This document shows positions 17,822-26,451 of a DNA stretch of 64,000 nucleotides, piece by piece. Location: assembly GCA_038231275.1 (NCBI GenBank), contig JBBRLQ010000001.1:703307-767306 (forward strand), given 5' to 3'. This DNA comes from Polyangiales bacterium (GTDB lineage: Bacteria > Myxococcota_A > Polyangia > Polyangiales > Polyangiaceae). A program made the position numbers and the translations under genes. Under the pieces are notes generated by a model, which saw only the letters and a list, made by a program, of their open reading frames with translations, did not search any database and had not been told where the DNA came from. How positions within the stretch are numbered: position 1 is the first letter of the stretch; every line of letters starts with the position of its first letter.

Positions 17822-19950
17822 GAGCCCCCCTCCGCGCGCTCGCACGAGCGCCGGACGCGCCGCACGGACGACGCGAGGCCCTCGGCGAACAGACGCTTCC
17901 CTGCCTCGCTCGGCGACGCGTACAGCGCGGCCGCCGCGACGTCGCGCATCGCCGTGACGGCGTTCGACTCGATGAGCTTCCCCGGCTGCATGAAGCGAAA
18001 GAGGGCCTCGGCGGCTTCGTCGATCGTGCCCTGCCCCAGCGCTCCGAGCGCCGCGTGCCGGAGATTGTCGTCCTGCTTCTCGTCCTTCGCGATCCGCTCG
18101 AGGCGCGGGACGGCGGCGCTCCCGACGACCAGATCGGTCCCGTCCAGCATCGCGCGCGCGAGCGGTCGCACCTCGAGCGACGGATCGTTCAGGTATCCGA
18201 TGACGATGTCGAGCGTGACCTCGTCGGCGGGCATCGTGCGGAGCGCGCGGAGGATCTCTGCGCGAATGCGCTCGTCGGCGTGACGCGCGATCGGCATCAG
18301 ATCGCGCGGCGTCGCGCCCACCCGCGCGGCGAGCTGGACGAAGCTCCGCACCACCTCCCACTTGGTCGACTTGAGGCGCGGCCGCACGAGCGGGACGACC
18401 GCTGGCCCGACGGCGGGAAGCGCGTTCGAGAGGAGGAGGCGGAGCTTGCGGTTCTCCGTCTCCTCCATGAGCGTGCACGCCGCTTCGGCGTTCTGGCGCA
18501 CCAGGCACTGCGCCAGCGCCCCGAGCTCGGCGAGCGCGCGCTCGTCGGCGTTGGCCACCGCGACGTCGAGCGCAGGGAGGAGCCGCGCGCCCGACTCGCC
18601 CTGCGCGATCGCCTCGAGCGCGCGCACCGCGTACGGCTCGGACGGCCCACCGACCGCGCCGAGACCGCGCAAGAGCCCCAGCGTCGCCGCCGCACCTCCC
18701 TGCTCCTCGATCGCGCGCGCGGCCGCCGGCAGTCGCTCGCACAGCTCCGGGAATCCCGGCACCGCGGCGCTCGCGGTCACGAGATCGGTCATTACGCGCC
18801 CATAGTCGGGCTCCCCTTTGGTGACCGGGCTCGCCGTCGCTCCGCCACGAAGCGCAAATAACGGCCTCCGTGTCACGAGCGCCCGTCGCGCCGCGTCCCC
18901 CAGCAGCTCGCGCTCGGCGCGGAACGAGTCGAAGTCCGGCGCGGGGGCGCCGAGGTCCCCGAGCACGCGCGGCGCCTCGTCGTCCGGCACGTCGTAGAGG
19001 TGGAGGGCCATGCGCCGCACGATCGCGAGGCGCGCGCGCGGACGCGGCACGACGAGGCTGAGCGCATAGAGCACCGCGGTCGGCTCCGTCGCCTCCGCGC
19101 GAATCGCCGGAAACGCGAACGACGCGAGCTGGTCCTCGGTGAGCGCGCCGAGCGCCCACATGAGAGCTCCGCGCAGCTCGAACGCGAGCGCGGGGAAGCC
19201 GAGCAACACGCGCGACTTCGATTCGGGCGAAAGCGCGCGAAGCACGTCGCCCATCGCATCGGACGGCTCGCGTCGCCGCCGGCTCCCATGGTTCTGCGCC
19301 AGCTGCGCGAGCGCCGCTGCTCCTTCGGCGACGCCGCCTCGCGACTCGTCCTCGACGATGCTCGCCGCGACGTCTGCGCGTTCGAGCAGCTCGCCGAGCT
19401 TTCCCACGTCCACGTCGATCGGGAGCTGCGCGATGATCGCGCGCGAGGAGTCGGCGAAGAATCGCTTCAGCTCTTCGCGATCGCGTCCCTCCTGTCGCTC
19501 GTCATCCGCCAGCGCGCCGTCCACCTCCTCGACCTCGACCCGTGAGACACCCCGCTCGCGCGCGATCTGCGCGAGGCCGCCCGCTTCGGCGATCTTGTGC
19601 GGCAGGGGGAGGAGGAGATCGACGAACGTCGCCAGCTCGGCCCGAGAGATCCCGGGGGCGAAGCGCACGAGGCGCGCGCCGCGCGCGTAGAGGAACGGCG
19701 CCATGCGCGTGCGCACCGTCGGATGCACCGCCGGCACGCCGCCCACGAAGGCGTCGTCCCGCGTGATCGCGTACTCCACCGGTGTGCCGTGCACCAGCGC
19801 GCGCGCCAGACTCTTGTGCGTCTCGTCCGCCAGCGCCGCGCAGCTCGGGTGGCCCGCCGAATACTGCCGCGCGCGCGCGAGCCAGCGAGCAAGGTCCAGG
19901 AGAACCTGCTCCTGAACGCTCACGCTCAGGCTGCTCGACTTGTCGCTCAC
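17818..19950 (-). CDS. HEAT-repeat domain protein
   Basis: N-terminal QYSAGHP; C-terminal HEAT-like repeats (WEVVRS, DERIRAEILRAL, DPSLEVR). Confidence 0.85.
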   Translation of the reverse strand: MSDKSSSLSVSVQEQVLLDLARWLARARQYSAGHPSCAALADETHKSLARALVHGTPVEYAITRDDAFVGGVPAVHPTVRTRMAPFLYARGARLVRFAPGISRAELATFVDLLLPLPHKIAEAGGLAQIARERGVSRVEVEEVDGALADDERQEGRDREELKRFFADSSRAIIAQLPIDVDVGKLGELLERADVAASIVEDESRGGVAEGAAALAQLAQNHGSRRRREPSDAMGDVLRALSPESKSRVLLGFPALAFELRGALMWALGALTEDQLASFAFPAIRAEATEPTAVLYALSLVVPRPRARLAIVRRMALHLYDVPDDEAPRVLGDLGAPAPDFDSFRAERELLGDAARRALVTRRPLFALRGGATASPVTKGEPDYGRVMTDLVTASAAVPGFPELCERLPAAARAIEEQGGAAATLGLLRGLGAVGGPSEPYAVRALEAIAQGESGARLLPALDVAVANADERALAELGALAQCLVRQNAEAACTLMEETENRKLRLLLSNALPAVGPAVVPLVRPRLKSTKWEVVRSFVQLAARVGATPRDLMPIARHADERIRAEILRALRTMPADEVTLDIVIGYLNDPSLEVRPLARAMLDGTDLVVGSAAVPRLERIAKDEKQDDNLRHAALGALGQGTIDEAAEALFRFMQPGKLIESNAVTAMRDVAAAALYASPSEAGKRLFAEGLASSVRRVRRSCERAEGGS

Positions 19951-20037
19951 CCCGTCAGGATACTAATGCAGAAGGCGGACCGGCAGCTTCGATGCATTTA
20001 CCAGCTGCCAGGGCGGGCGGCGCCTCACGGGCCTCGG

Positions 20038-20108
20038 TTCCAGCGCATGGATTCGAACCATGATAAGCGGAATCAAAATCCGCTGTCCTGCCATTAGACG
20101 ACGCCGGA
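20038..20108 (-). tRNA. tRNA-Gln(TTG)
   Basis: TCCGGCG acceptor, anticodon arm GCGGA-TTTTGAT-TCCGC, T-arm GGTTCGAATCC; CCA not fully encoded. Confidence 0.95.
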
Positions 20109-20173
20109 GGGACGCATCAAACGGTAGCCGCTGGGCCCCCCCCTTCGCAAGCCCCCGCCGGCGCGTCCGCGCC

Positions 20174-20530
20174 TCACTTGCACTTGCTCGTGGCCGTGAG
20201 GCAGTCGCCCGAGCAGCACTGCGTGCTCGATTGGCAACCCTGCCCGCTCTTGCCGCAGCCGAGCGCGTCGCCGTTGGCGTCCGCTGGCGGAGGCGCGGCG
20301 TCGATGGCGCCGTCGCCCAGGCTCGTGTCGGCGAGCGCGTCGGACGAAAACCCATCACCTGCACCGTCGGTTGTCACGACCGCATCCTGTCCGGCGTCGA
20401 AAGACGTGGGCGCGTCCGTGACCGCAGCCGCGTCGCGCGGGGGATAGTCGCTCGGCCCTTCGAACAGGACGCACGCCGAGGCGGGGCCGAGCGCGATCGC
20501 CGCCACCATTCCGGCTCGCCACCCCCGCAT
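20174..20530 (-). CDS. Small putative lipoprotein with Cys-rich (knottin-like) C-terminus
   Basis: PASAC lipobox-like, DA-rich linker, CGKSGQGCQSSTQCCSGDC. Confidence 0.7.
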   Translation of the reverse strand: MRGWRAGMVAAIALGPASACVLFEGPSDYPPRDAAAVTDAPTSFDAGQDAVVTTDGAGDGFSSDALADTSLGDGAIDAAPPPADANGDALGCGKSGQGCQSSTQCCSGDCLTATSKCK

Positions 20531-20766
20531 TCCTCCAAAGTACCACGCTTTGCGCGGCAGTTACGCGGCGTTCCGAGGATGCGCGCGCCGCGGGAACTTC
20601 TCGAACGCGCCCCTGTCCCTTCTGCGAGATGGCGCGACGGTCGGCGTTGATCGGAGGCGCGCCCGAAGGAGACGCAGAAAAAGACGCAGAAGAATCGCAC
20701 GACGAAACGGACGACGACGAAGACGAGTTTGCTCTCCGTGTCCATAGTTTGGCACCATGGCGCGAC

Positions 20767-21372
20767 GTGGCGCTCCCCGAAGAGATCGAAGCAAAGCTGA
20801 TCGAGCGCCTCATCGCGCGGGACGAGCGCGCATTCAACGAGCTCGTACGCGCGTACGAGCGCCGCGTGTTCGCGCTCGTCCTCCGCATGCTCGGCAATCG
20901 CGCGGAGGCAGAGGATCTCGCGCAAGAGGTCTTCGTCCAGGTCTTCAAGGCCATCGGCACGTTTCGCGGCGAGTCGAAGCTCTCCACGTGGGTCTACCGA
21001 ATCGCCATCAACCTCTGCAAAAATAGGGCGAAATACCTCCGCGTCCGCCACACCGACGATCAGCAGGAGCTCGAGCTCGTCGCGGAGCGCGTGCCTCTCG
21101 GCGAGGCGCGGCGCGCCAACGTCGGCCAGGTCGAGCGCCCCGACGAGGCGCTCGCCGGTCGCCAGGTCGAGTACATCGTGCAGCAAGCCATCCTCGAGAT
21201 CGACGAGAGCTTCCGCGAGTGCCTCGTCCTGCGCGACGTCGAGGAGATGAGCTACGAGGAGATCGAGGAGATCACAGGCCTCGCGGCGGGTACAGTGAAG
21301 AGCAGAATCCACCGTGCGCGCGCGATGCTCCGCGAGATCGTCGAGAAGCGGCTGGGGGAGAAGATCGGATGA
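20767..21372 (+). CDS. ECF RNA polymerase sigma-70 factor
   Basis: AEDLAQEVF, STWVYRIAINL, MSYEEI..GTVKSRIHRAR; start uncertain (frame open from 20629). Confidence 0.92.
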   Translation: MALPEEIEAKLIERLIARDERAFNELVRAYERRVFALVLRMLGNRAEAEDLAQEVFVQVFKAIGTFRGESKLSTWVYRIAINLCKNRAKYLRVRHTDDQQELELVAERVPLGEARRANVGQVERPDEALAGRQVEYIVQQAILEIDESFRECLVLRDVEEMSYEEIEEITGLAAGTVKSRIHRARAMLREIVEKRLGEKIG

Positions 21373-21662
21373 GCGCCGAAGAGGAAAAGACCGACGAGCA
21401 GGATCGCGACTCCAAGGACGACGACGCGATCCGCGCGCTCCTCAAGCGGTCCTCCGACGCGGGGCCTGCCGGGGCGCCGCAGCCGGATCTTCTCCGCGGC
21501 GTGCAGAAGAAGATTCGCACGCGCTCGAAGGGGAAGTTCTACGCGGACGGCTGGAGCACCTCGCAGTCGCGCATCAACTACGGCCTCGTCGCGGTCGCGA
21601 TGCTCGTCGTGATCGCGATCGCCTATTTCGCGCTCGGCCCGATGGGGATCACCGCACACTGA
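21369..21662 (+). CDS. Small single-TM protein, probable anti-sigma factor
   Basis: ATGA overlap with the sigma stop, C-terminal TM. Confidence 0.75.
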   Translation: MSAEEEKTDEQDRDSKDDDAIRALLKRSSDAGPAGAPQPDLLRGVQKKIRTRSKGKFYADGWSTSQSRINYGLVAVAMLVVIAIAYFALGPMGITAH

Positions 21663-21711
21663 GTTGACCCATTCGAAGGACTCGTGGTGCCTGCAGGTTG
21701 CGTGCGAAGCG

Positions 21712-23013
21712 TCAGCCCACGCGCGCGCTGGCAGGAGGGGGCGTCGAGATCGTTCGGCCGACCGCGCTGGCGCCTTCGTTGCGGACGCTGGTGTCGTACG
21801 CCGGCAGGCCCATCCGCGCGGTGAGCGCCGCGGCGCAGAGCGCAAAGAGGGCGAAGATCGTCACGGTGCTCGCCACACCCGCCGACGTCGCGATCGATCC
21901 GGCCACCGTCGCGCCGATCGACCACGCCCCGAGAAACGCGACCTGGTAGAGCGCGAGGACCCGTGACTTTACCCACGCGCCGGCGTTCAGCTGGACGAGC
22001 GCGTTCATCGTCGTGAACGAAGAGAGCCACCCGACGCCCGCGGGGACCAGGAGCAGCGCGGCGACGGCGAGCGAGTGCGTGCGGCTGAACGCGAGGAGGC
22101 ACACGCCGTACGTCGCCATCGCGCAGGCCACGAGCGTTCGCGCATGAACGGTCGCACGCAAGCGCTTGAGCACGAACGCCGCGAGGACCGCGCCCGCGCC
22201 GAGGCCTCCGACGACGACACCGTACCCACGCGCGTCGGTGCCGAGTTCGTGCTTCGCGAAGCTGGGGAGGAGCGCCGTCACGCCCGACGTCGCGAAGCCG
22301 AACGCCGCGACCGCGATGTAGCACCGCGACAGCTCGCGCGACCGACGCACCTCACGAAATGCCGCGAGCACCGCTTGGCGGAGTGGCTCGCGTCGACGGA
22401 CGGTCTCGGCGCGCTCCGACGCTTGCCGGATGTGCGTGAACCCGTGGAGGACGGCGATGACGGCGAGGAAGCTCACCGCGTTCAAAAAGAACGCGACACC
22501 CGCGCCGAGGGCGCCAAGCAGCACGCCGCCCAGCGCCGGCCCGACCGCGCGCGCGAGGTTGAACGCGACGGAGTTGAGCGTGACCGCTTCGCCGGTCTGC
22601 GCGCGCGGAACCATGTCGGGGATGAGGGTCTGCCACGGCGGCGACGTCAGCGCCGAGCCAACGCCGAGCGCCGCGCTCGCGACGAGGAGCGCCTCCGGCG
22701 TGGCCCAGCCCGCCCACGTCCACACCGCCAGGCCGAGCGCCACCAGCGCCAGCCACGCCTGCGCCACGATGAGCAAGCGCCGCCGGTCCACGCGATCCGC
22801 GAGAACACCCGCTGGCAGGGTCAACGCAAACGCGGGCAGCGTCATGCACGTCGACAGGAGCGCGACCGGCAGCGGGCTCTGCGTCAAGGACAGCATGAGC
22901 CAGCTCTCGCCGACGTCTTGAACCCACGTGCCGACGTACGAGAAAATCGAGGCGATCCAGAGAGCCCGGAACGCAGGGTGATTCAGCGGGGAACCGGACG
23001 TACTTGGTGGCAA
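21712..23013 (-). CDS. MFS transporter (MFS_3 / transmembrane secretion effector type)
   Basis: FRALWIASIFSYVGTW, GVLADRVDRRR, about 12 TMs. Confidence 0.92.
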   Translation of the reverse strand: MPPSTSGSPLNHPAFRALWIASIFSYVGTWVQDVGESWLMLSLTQSPLPVALLSTCMTLPAFALTLPAGVLADRVDRRRLLIVAQAWLALVALGLAVWTWAGWATPEALLVASAALGVGSALTSPPWQTLIPDMVPRAQTGEAVTLNSVAFNLARAVGPALGGVLLGALGAGVAFFLNAVSFLAVIAVLHGFTHIRQASERAETVRRREPLRQAVLAAFREVRRSRELSRCYIAVAAFGFATSGVTALLPSFAKHELGTDARGYGVVVGGLGAGAVLAAFVLKRLRATVHARTLVACAMATYGVCLLAFSRTHSLAVAALLLVPAGVGWLSSFTTMNALVQLNAGAWVKSRVLALYQVAFLGAWSIGATVAGSIATSAGVASTVTIFALFALCAAALTARMGLPAYDTSVRNEGASAVGRTISTPPPASARVG

Positions 23014-23080
23014 AGCAAAAGCTCCTCCGAGCTTTACTCTAGGGTCGTACGGCCGCTTCGCAAGAGCGCATAAGGGTCGC

Positions 23081-23116
23081 GCAGGTGGGCAGCAGGTGGC
23101 CAGCAGGTGGGGCAGG
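23081..23116. repeat. Imperfect 11-bp tandem repeat GCAGGTGG(G/C)CA, 3 copies
   Basis: Seen directly between the PP2C and MFS genes. Confidence 0.7.
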
Positions 23117-23142
23117 AGCGCCCTCGCGCACCGCTCGCAGCT

Positions 23143-23910
23143 CTACTGGACCCAGCGCGCCAGGACGACCGTGATGTTGTCGGGTCCACCGGCCTTGTTC
23201 GCCTGCTCGATCATCCGCGACGCCGCGCCCTTGAGGTCGGGCACGCTCGTCGTGATCTGGAGCATCTCGTCGTCGGTGACCGGCCCCGAGAGACCGTCCG
23301 AGCACAAGAGGTACACGTCGCCCGCGCGCGGCTGCTCGTAGCGCGTGTCGACCTTGACCGTGTCCTTCATCCCGAGCGCGCGCACGATGACGTTCTTGTG
23401 CGGGAAGTTCGCGATCTCTTCCGCCGTGAGGCGCTTCATCTTGATGTAGTCGTTCAGCAGCGAGTGGTCCTCGGTGAGCTGCTCGATCTTGCCGTCGCGG
23501 ACGCGGTAGACGCGGCTGTCTCCGACGTGGGCGACGTACACGCCGTCCTCGACGGCGAACATCGACACGATCGTCGTGCCCATTCCGCGCTGCCGGGCGT
23601 CGCGCTGCGCGCTCTCGTAGATGCGGAGGTTAGCGAGCTTGATGCCGGTGATGAGGCGGTTCTCTTCGTAGCCCTTGGAGCGATCCATCTTGTACGGCCA
23701 GGTGCGCTCGGGATCTTGCGCCGTTGCGGCGAAGAAGTCCTTGAGCGCGTCGACCGCCATCTTGCTCGCGACCTCACCGGACGCGTGACCGCCCATGCCG
23801 TCCGCGACGATGTAGAGGCCGCTCTCCTCGAGGATCGAGAAGTTGTCCTCGTTGTGATTGCGCTTCATGCCGACGTTGGTTTCGCCGGCAACCTCGATTC
23901 GTAGCGCCAC
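23143..23910 (-). CDS. PP2C-family Ser/Thr phosphatase (Stp1/PrpC type)
   Basis: RNHNED, VADGMGGH, GMGTT, HVGDSR, CSDGL, GGPDNIT. Confidence 0.95.
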   Translation of the reverse strand: MALRIEVAGETNVGMKRNHNEDNFSILEESGLYIVADGMGGHASGEVASKMAVDALKDFFAATAQDPERTWPYKMDRSKGYEENRLITGIKLANLRIYESAQRDARQRGMGTTIVSMFAVEDGVYVAHVGDSRVYRVRDGKIEQLTEDHSLLNDYIKMKRLTAEEIANFPHKNVIVRALGMKDTVKVDTRYEQPRAGDVYLLCSDGLSGPVTDDEMLQITTSVPDLKGAASRMIEQANKAGGPDNITVVLARWVQ

Positions 23911-23997
23911 GGAGCTCCTTCGGTCCCGCGCAAACGTCGCGCAAGTACGGATAATCTTCTCGGTACCGTAACCGAAGTCAACGAGGAAAGGGAGGGG

Positions 23998-25053
23998 TTA
24001 CGGCGCGGCGCGAAGGACGACCGTGAGCTCGCGAAATTTGTCGTTTCCGAAGACAAGGAGCTTCACGCTCTCGCCCACAGCGTGCTTTCCGATGACGTCG
24101 GCGAGGCTTTCGGGGGAGTCGACGGGCTGGCCGTCGACGGCGGCGATGAGGTCGGACAGGACGCGCTCGTTGCTCGTCTTGAGGCCGCCTTTTTCGGCGG
24201 GGCTCTGCGGGGCGACGGCCATCACGCGCACGCCGCGGACGTTGCCGGACGTATCGGGCGCGCCCACGATGCCGAGCCACGGAGCAGGCGCGACGGCGTT
24301 GAGCGGCGTGCGCACCAAGAAATTCCGGAGCGCGGCGACAGGGGCGCCCATCATCGTGGGCACGCAGGTCGACGCGTCGGTGGTCTTGCACGCGTGGATG
24401 ACGACGCCCACGACGCTGCCCGCCGCGTCGACGATTGGAGCGCCGACGAGGGCACCCTTCGCGTCGATGTCGAGCGCGCCTTCGAGCGGATCGCCCGTCT
24501 TGGAGTGCGCGTCGGTGCGGCCTTTCAGGGTGGCGCTCAGGGCTCCCTTTGGTGCGCGCGGGGACATGACGCGCAGCTCGAGGCCGGCCGGATCGGCTTC
24601 GCTGGCCATGAGCCCCTCGACCCAGCGCCCCGAGAGCGGGACGAGGAGCGCGAGGTCCCACGCGCTGTCGCGATGACCGACGCGCGCGCGAACGACGTGG
24701 CCGTCGGCGTAGCGGATGTCGGCCAGATCGCTCGCGCCGAGCGGGGAGAGCGCCGTGAGGACGCGCCCGTCGTTGGCGAGGACGGTTCCGACGCCGAGCC
24801 CCTTTCCGTCGCGCTCGACGCCGACGACGCCGCGCTTCGTGCGATCGGCGAGGGCACCTGCGTCACCAGTTGGCCCGGCGCCGCTCGAGTACGCGCCAGG
24901 TGGTCCTTGCGGCCCTCCGTTCGCGCCGGGCAGCGAAGGGAGTGGAGGGGTGGATGGAGCGCCATTGCCGGCAGCGCCTGCGAAGGCGGCGGTGAACCCG
25001 ATGGTGAAAAAGAGCGCGGCGAGGCTGCCGCGAAGAAGCGTCGTGGACGTCAC
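23998..25053 (-). CDS. HtrA/S1C-like trypsin domain + PDZ protein, catalytic His and Ser apparently lost
   Basis: GVGTVLANDGRVLTALSP, DLALL, GALVGAPIV, PDZ PWLGI..SPAEKGGL. Confidence 0.85.
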   Translation of the reverse strand: MTSTTLLRGSLAALFFTIGFTAAFAGAAGNGAPSTPPLPSLPGANGGPQGPPGAYSSGAGPTGDAGALADRTKRGVVGVERDGKGLGVGTVLANDGRVLTALSPLGASDLADIRYADGHVVRARVGHRDSAWDLALLVPLSGRWVEGLMASEADPAGLELRVMSPRAPKGALSATLKGRTDAHSKTGDPLEGALDIDAKGALVGAPIVDAAGSVVGVVIHACKTTDASTCVPTMMGAPVAALRNFLVRTPLNAVAPAPWLGIVGAPDTSGNVRGVRVMAVAPQSPAEKGGLKTSNERVLSDLIAAVDGQPVDSPESLADVIGKHAVGESVKLLVFGNDKFRELTVVLRAAP

Positions 25054-25138
25054 ACCAGGATGATAGCGCGTCTTCGCGAGAAGGCCGCTTGACAGCGCGG
25101 CCGTTTTTCAGGCCTTATCCGCGAAGAGCGCGCTTGCC

Positions 25139-25345
25139 ATGACCGACCACACCCCCCCGCCGGATGAGCCGAAGACGCCGATGTGGCTTCCTGCCCTCGG
25201 CGCGGCGCTCTTCTTGATCGTTGGAATCTGGTTCGCCACGCGCCCGACCGAGGCGCCGAAGGCCGACGCCGCGCCCGTCCCCAGCGCGAGCGCCCCACCG
25301 GCGACCTCTGCCGCGATCGTCCGCCCGGCGATTCCCGGGCACTGA
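25139..25345 (+). CDS. Small single-TM protein
   Basis: TPMWLPALGAALFLIVGIWF; GC3 bias. Confidence 0.65.
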   Translation: MTDHTPPPDEPKTPMWLPALGAALFLIVGIWFATRPTEAPKADAAPVPSASAPPATSAAIVRPAIPGH

Positions 25346-25351
25346 CCGAGT

Positions 25352-25387
25352 GGAGCGAAGCGCAGCGGAGCGAAGCGCAGCGGAACG
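25352..25387. repeat. 15-bp tandem repeat GGAGCGAAGCGCAGC, 2+ copies (REP-like intergenic element)
   Basis: Seen directly between convergent genes. Confidence 0.7.
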
Positions 25388-25399
25388 CTCCTGAGGTTT

Positions 25400-26359
25400 T
25401 CAGTAGCCCGGGGGCGGGCCGTATCCACCGCCACCGCCGGCGCCGCCACCGCCGCCACCTGCCGGAGGTCCATATCCGCCGCCACCTGCCGGAGGCCCAT
25501 ATCCGCCACCGCCTGCCGGAGGCCCATACCCGCCACCGCCTGCCGGAGGTCCGTATCCTCCGCCACCAGGCGGACCGTAGCCGCCCGCGGGAGGTCCGTA
25601 TCCGCCCGGCGGTCCGTACGAGGCTCCCATTCCAGTGCCCCATTGTCCGGAGAGGCGCAGGTAAATTGTGGCCATGCCCACCGTGAAGACCGGGAGCGCC
25701 ACGAAGATGCCGACGTAGCACGCGACGCAGCCGCCGATGATGAGCAATCCGCCGACGAGCCCATAGAGGAAGAGACCGCCCTTGTGCCCGGTCGTCGCCG
25801 CCCAGCTCGCCTGCATCGCCTGGATCGGGCCCATGTTCTGATCGACGACGAAGTACGCCGTGAGCGACAGGCCGAGCATGAGGATGACGCCGGGTACGAT
25901 GAAGAGCAGCACGCCGAAGAACGCCGCGAGCGTCAAGAGGAGCGTCGCGCCGAGCAGCGAGAAGTAGCGGCTCCCGCCCCCGAAGAGATCGCCGAACTGC
26001 GCCGATTGCTGGCGCGCGGCGGCGAGCGCGATCTTCGTCAGACCGACCTGGAAGAAGGTGCTCACGATGATTCCGGCGATGAGGCAGACCGAATAGATGA
26101 TCCAATACTCCGCCGACGCGTTCTCGATCGCCCGCGTCGCGACGAGGACCGACGGGATGTAATTGGGAATGCTGCCGAGAATGAGCGCCAAGAGCTGCGA
26201 GAAGACCAGCGTGGCCCAGTTGGCCTTGAAGCCGGTCCACGCGTGGCCGAGGACCTCGCCGATTTCCCAGGGTTGAGGGCCGGACCCTCCCGGGCCAGGC
26301 GCGCCCGGGAGCATGGGGGGACCGGCTTGAGGTGCAGCGTAGGGGTTGTACTGGCTCAT
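25400..26359 (-). CDS. Integral membrane protein with NPYAAP N-terminus and (GYGPPAGGG)n tail
   Basis: 5-6 TMs, LLFIVPGVIL, SWAATTGHKG; 27-bp repeats at the 3' end. Confidence 0.85.
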   Translation of the reverse strand: MSQYNPYAAPQAGPPMLPGAPGPGGSGPQPWEIGEVLGHAWTGFKANWATLVFSQLLALILGSIPNYIPSVLVATRAIENASAEYWIIYSVCLIAGIIVSTFFQVGLTKIALAAARQQSAQFGDLFGGGSRYFSLLGATLLLTLAAFFGVLLFIVPGVILMLGLSLTAYFVVDQNMGPIQAMQASWAATTGHKGGLFLYGLVGGLLIIGGCVACYVGIFVALPVFTVGMATIYLRLSGQWGTGMGASYGPPGGYGPPAGGYGPPGGGGYGPPAGGGGYGPPAGGGGYGPPAGGGGYGPPAGGGGGGAGGGGGYGPPPGY

Positions 26360-26451
26360 GGCGGGGTCGCAGTCTTGCACGGCACGACTGGCGCCAGGGA
26401 AATACGTGGCCTAGAACCTTTTCCTACCTGCTTCCCGGGGAGGAACCTCAC

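Noticed and set aside
20121-20150. G8 tract in the putative tRNA-Gln promoter spacer as a phase-variation switch
   Set aside because: The promoter call is weak, and an 8-nt run is unremarkable at this GC content
25400-25625. 27-bp repeats resembling an array
   Set aside because: In-frame coding repeats (GYGPPAGGG) of the membrane protein
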